NCBI GenBank assembly: GCA_010093605.1
Contig: MU004191.1
Span: 1,162,816-1,226,815, forward strand
From: Lophium mytilinum
Taxonomy: Eukaryota
Length of the DNA stretch: 64,000 bases
Reading direction: 5' to 3'
Positions 62,559 to 64,000 of the stretch are shown here, in pieces. The translations under genes and the position numbers were made by a program. The notes beneath the pieces are model-generated. The model was not told the origin of the DNA, searched no databases, and saw only the letters and a list, made by a program, of their open reading frames with translations. Position 1 is the first letter of the stretch. Each line of letters starts with the position of its first letter.

Positions 62559-64000
62559 GGTCGACAGGCCGGCGTTAGAGCTGTGGTTGATGATGGAAAG
62601 GAGTCGTGGTGATGGCGACGGGGAGGGCGGGTTTCAGTCAGGGCGCTTGGTCAAAGAGGCCGTCACAGGCGCGAGCGGCGAGCACAGCGGTGCGTGGCTG
62701 GCGAGCAGCGGCGTGAGTCGCGACAGGGTGGTCTGGTGTGCGTGCCACGAAGTATCTGGATGGCTTCGTGGAGGGTTGGGTGGTGTGTGGGTGTGGAGGG
62801 CGAGGGCTGGTGTGAGGAGGAGGGCGGAAGCTTGGTGTCTTGCATGATGCGGCTGGTATGGAGTGCTCATTCTCGGCCGGCATCGCTAAGGATTATTGGG
62901 GGACTCTGCTGGTAATTCTGGATGGCCCAGGTGAAGCCAGGAGATTTACGCACGGGCCAACCCAAGCGCTCCTCAACACCACTCGATTCTGGCGATGGGC
63001 GATGCTGCATCCGGCGCGTGTGCATTCGGCGGCCCTCGTCGCAAAATGTGCGTTGAGCTGCCCGAATTACTGCTCGTCCACGGCGTGCCTCTGCGCGCGA
63101 ATGCCCGTTTGCGAGTGTTCGGCGTGTCTCCTGCCTGCGCGGCTTCTCTTGCAACAGGACTTGTGCCCATCTCTCCGCCCCTCCGGCTTAGCTGGTTCGG
63201 CCCTGCCCAGTCCAGTGAGGCTTATGTGGCCAATCCGCCCCGAATTCGTGCAAAACACGCTCCCCAGGCTCCCCGACGGTCTGAAAAGCAAGCATCAAAG
63301 CCCACCGCCATTGTTCCAGAGCCACGTCGGGCTCCACCTGCTGCCCTCGTTGTTCCTCTTTGTTCCTCGTTCTTGGGGCAGCTACGTCGCTTTGTTCCCA
63401 CGCAGGTACCGCAAACCTTGGAGGCCGCTATATCGCGTTATCTTGTCGTCAGCCCACACGGTGCGGCCCTTGCAGCCTGCAATCACCCTCTTCCCTCGCC
63501 ATCCGTCAGCTCCTCACTACTGCCCCGGACGAGCCACGCTTCGGCCTCCGACGCTGCAAATGCCCTCATGTCGCTACCTACGCTTGTACGGCGGAAGACT
63601 GATTTCAAACCAGACCTGTGACTTCCCGTACATCTCCAGTACTCGGATATTAATCTCCAGGCTTGCTAGGGCCTTGCCGCCTTTTCAGGATTTCGTTGAC
63701 ATCGCATCGTCTATTTTAGTGAGGAGCTATCATGGCCTGGCTCCGCGGGTCACAACTCCTTAACCAAGGTGCAAGCGTCTTCGAAGCCGGCGCGATCCGT
63801 GCCCGCGTCAAGTAGCATCTTCTCCCAGATTTCAGGCTGTATTCAAGTCGCACAAAAAGTGAAGCTACGCAAGCAGTGGCAAGCACCCTTTTTAATAATT
63901 GGACGATCTAGTCACCGCACGTCACGTCAAGATCACGTGATCGAGCTTCCTTTTTCCGGACATTAGCACTCAAAGTCAACGAAATTGCTAGAAGTACATC

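Noticed and set aside
62840..63763. Overlapping 307-aa and 208-aa ORFs upstream of IES4
   Set aside because: GC-rich and low in motif content. More likely the promoter or 5' leader of a gene beyond the window, though a real exon cannot be fully excluded.

Overview
Intron-containing eukaryotic DNA from a filamentous ascomycete (Pezizomycotina; short GT-AG introns with CTAAC/CTGAC branch sites). A Eurotiomycete origin is plausible but cannot be proven from this window. About 24 protein-coding genes are supported. Most are housekeeping genes: an Stb2/Stb6-like protein (partial), aquaporin, Ssp120, Ran/GSP1, Nas2, a RhoGEF, Rtc3, a PQ-loop protein, two Zn2Cys6 transcription factors, Asa1, Pop4, a GST, an aspartic protease, a RanBPM-like protein and Ies4. 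The most interesting part is an accessory island at about 32-47 kb that looks like a catabolic cluster in mid-decay. It has an intact FAD monooxygenase, MFS transporter, Zn2Cys6 TF and AFG1/ZapE ATPase. Between them lie pseudogenes that the ORF track does not show as whole genes: an isoorotate-decarboxylase-like amidohydrolase, and a bacterial-type Asp/Glu racemase / maleate-isomerase-fold gene split by a MITE with a CAG target-site duplication. A possible alpha/beta hydrolase remnant is also present. Other unexplained signals are a ~182-bp tandem repeat with a RIP-like pattern, four YVSPY motifs with different codons in an Asa1 insert, a three-way-junction RNA structure in the IES4 intron, a 169-codon in-frame extension with no in-frame AUG upstream of a Zn2Cys6 TF, and an orphan protein with a duplicated helical domain. 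All family calls come from recognising motifs by eye; no database searches were run.
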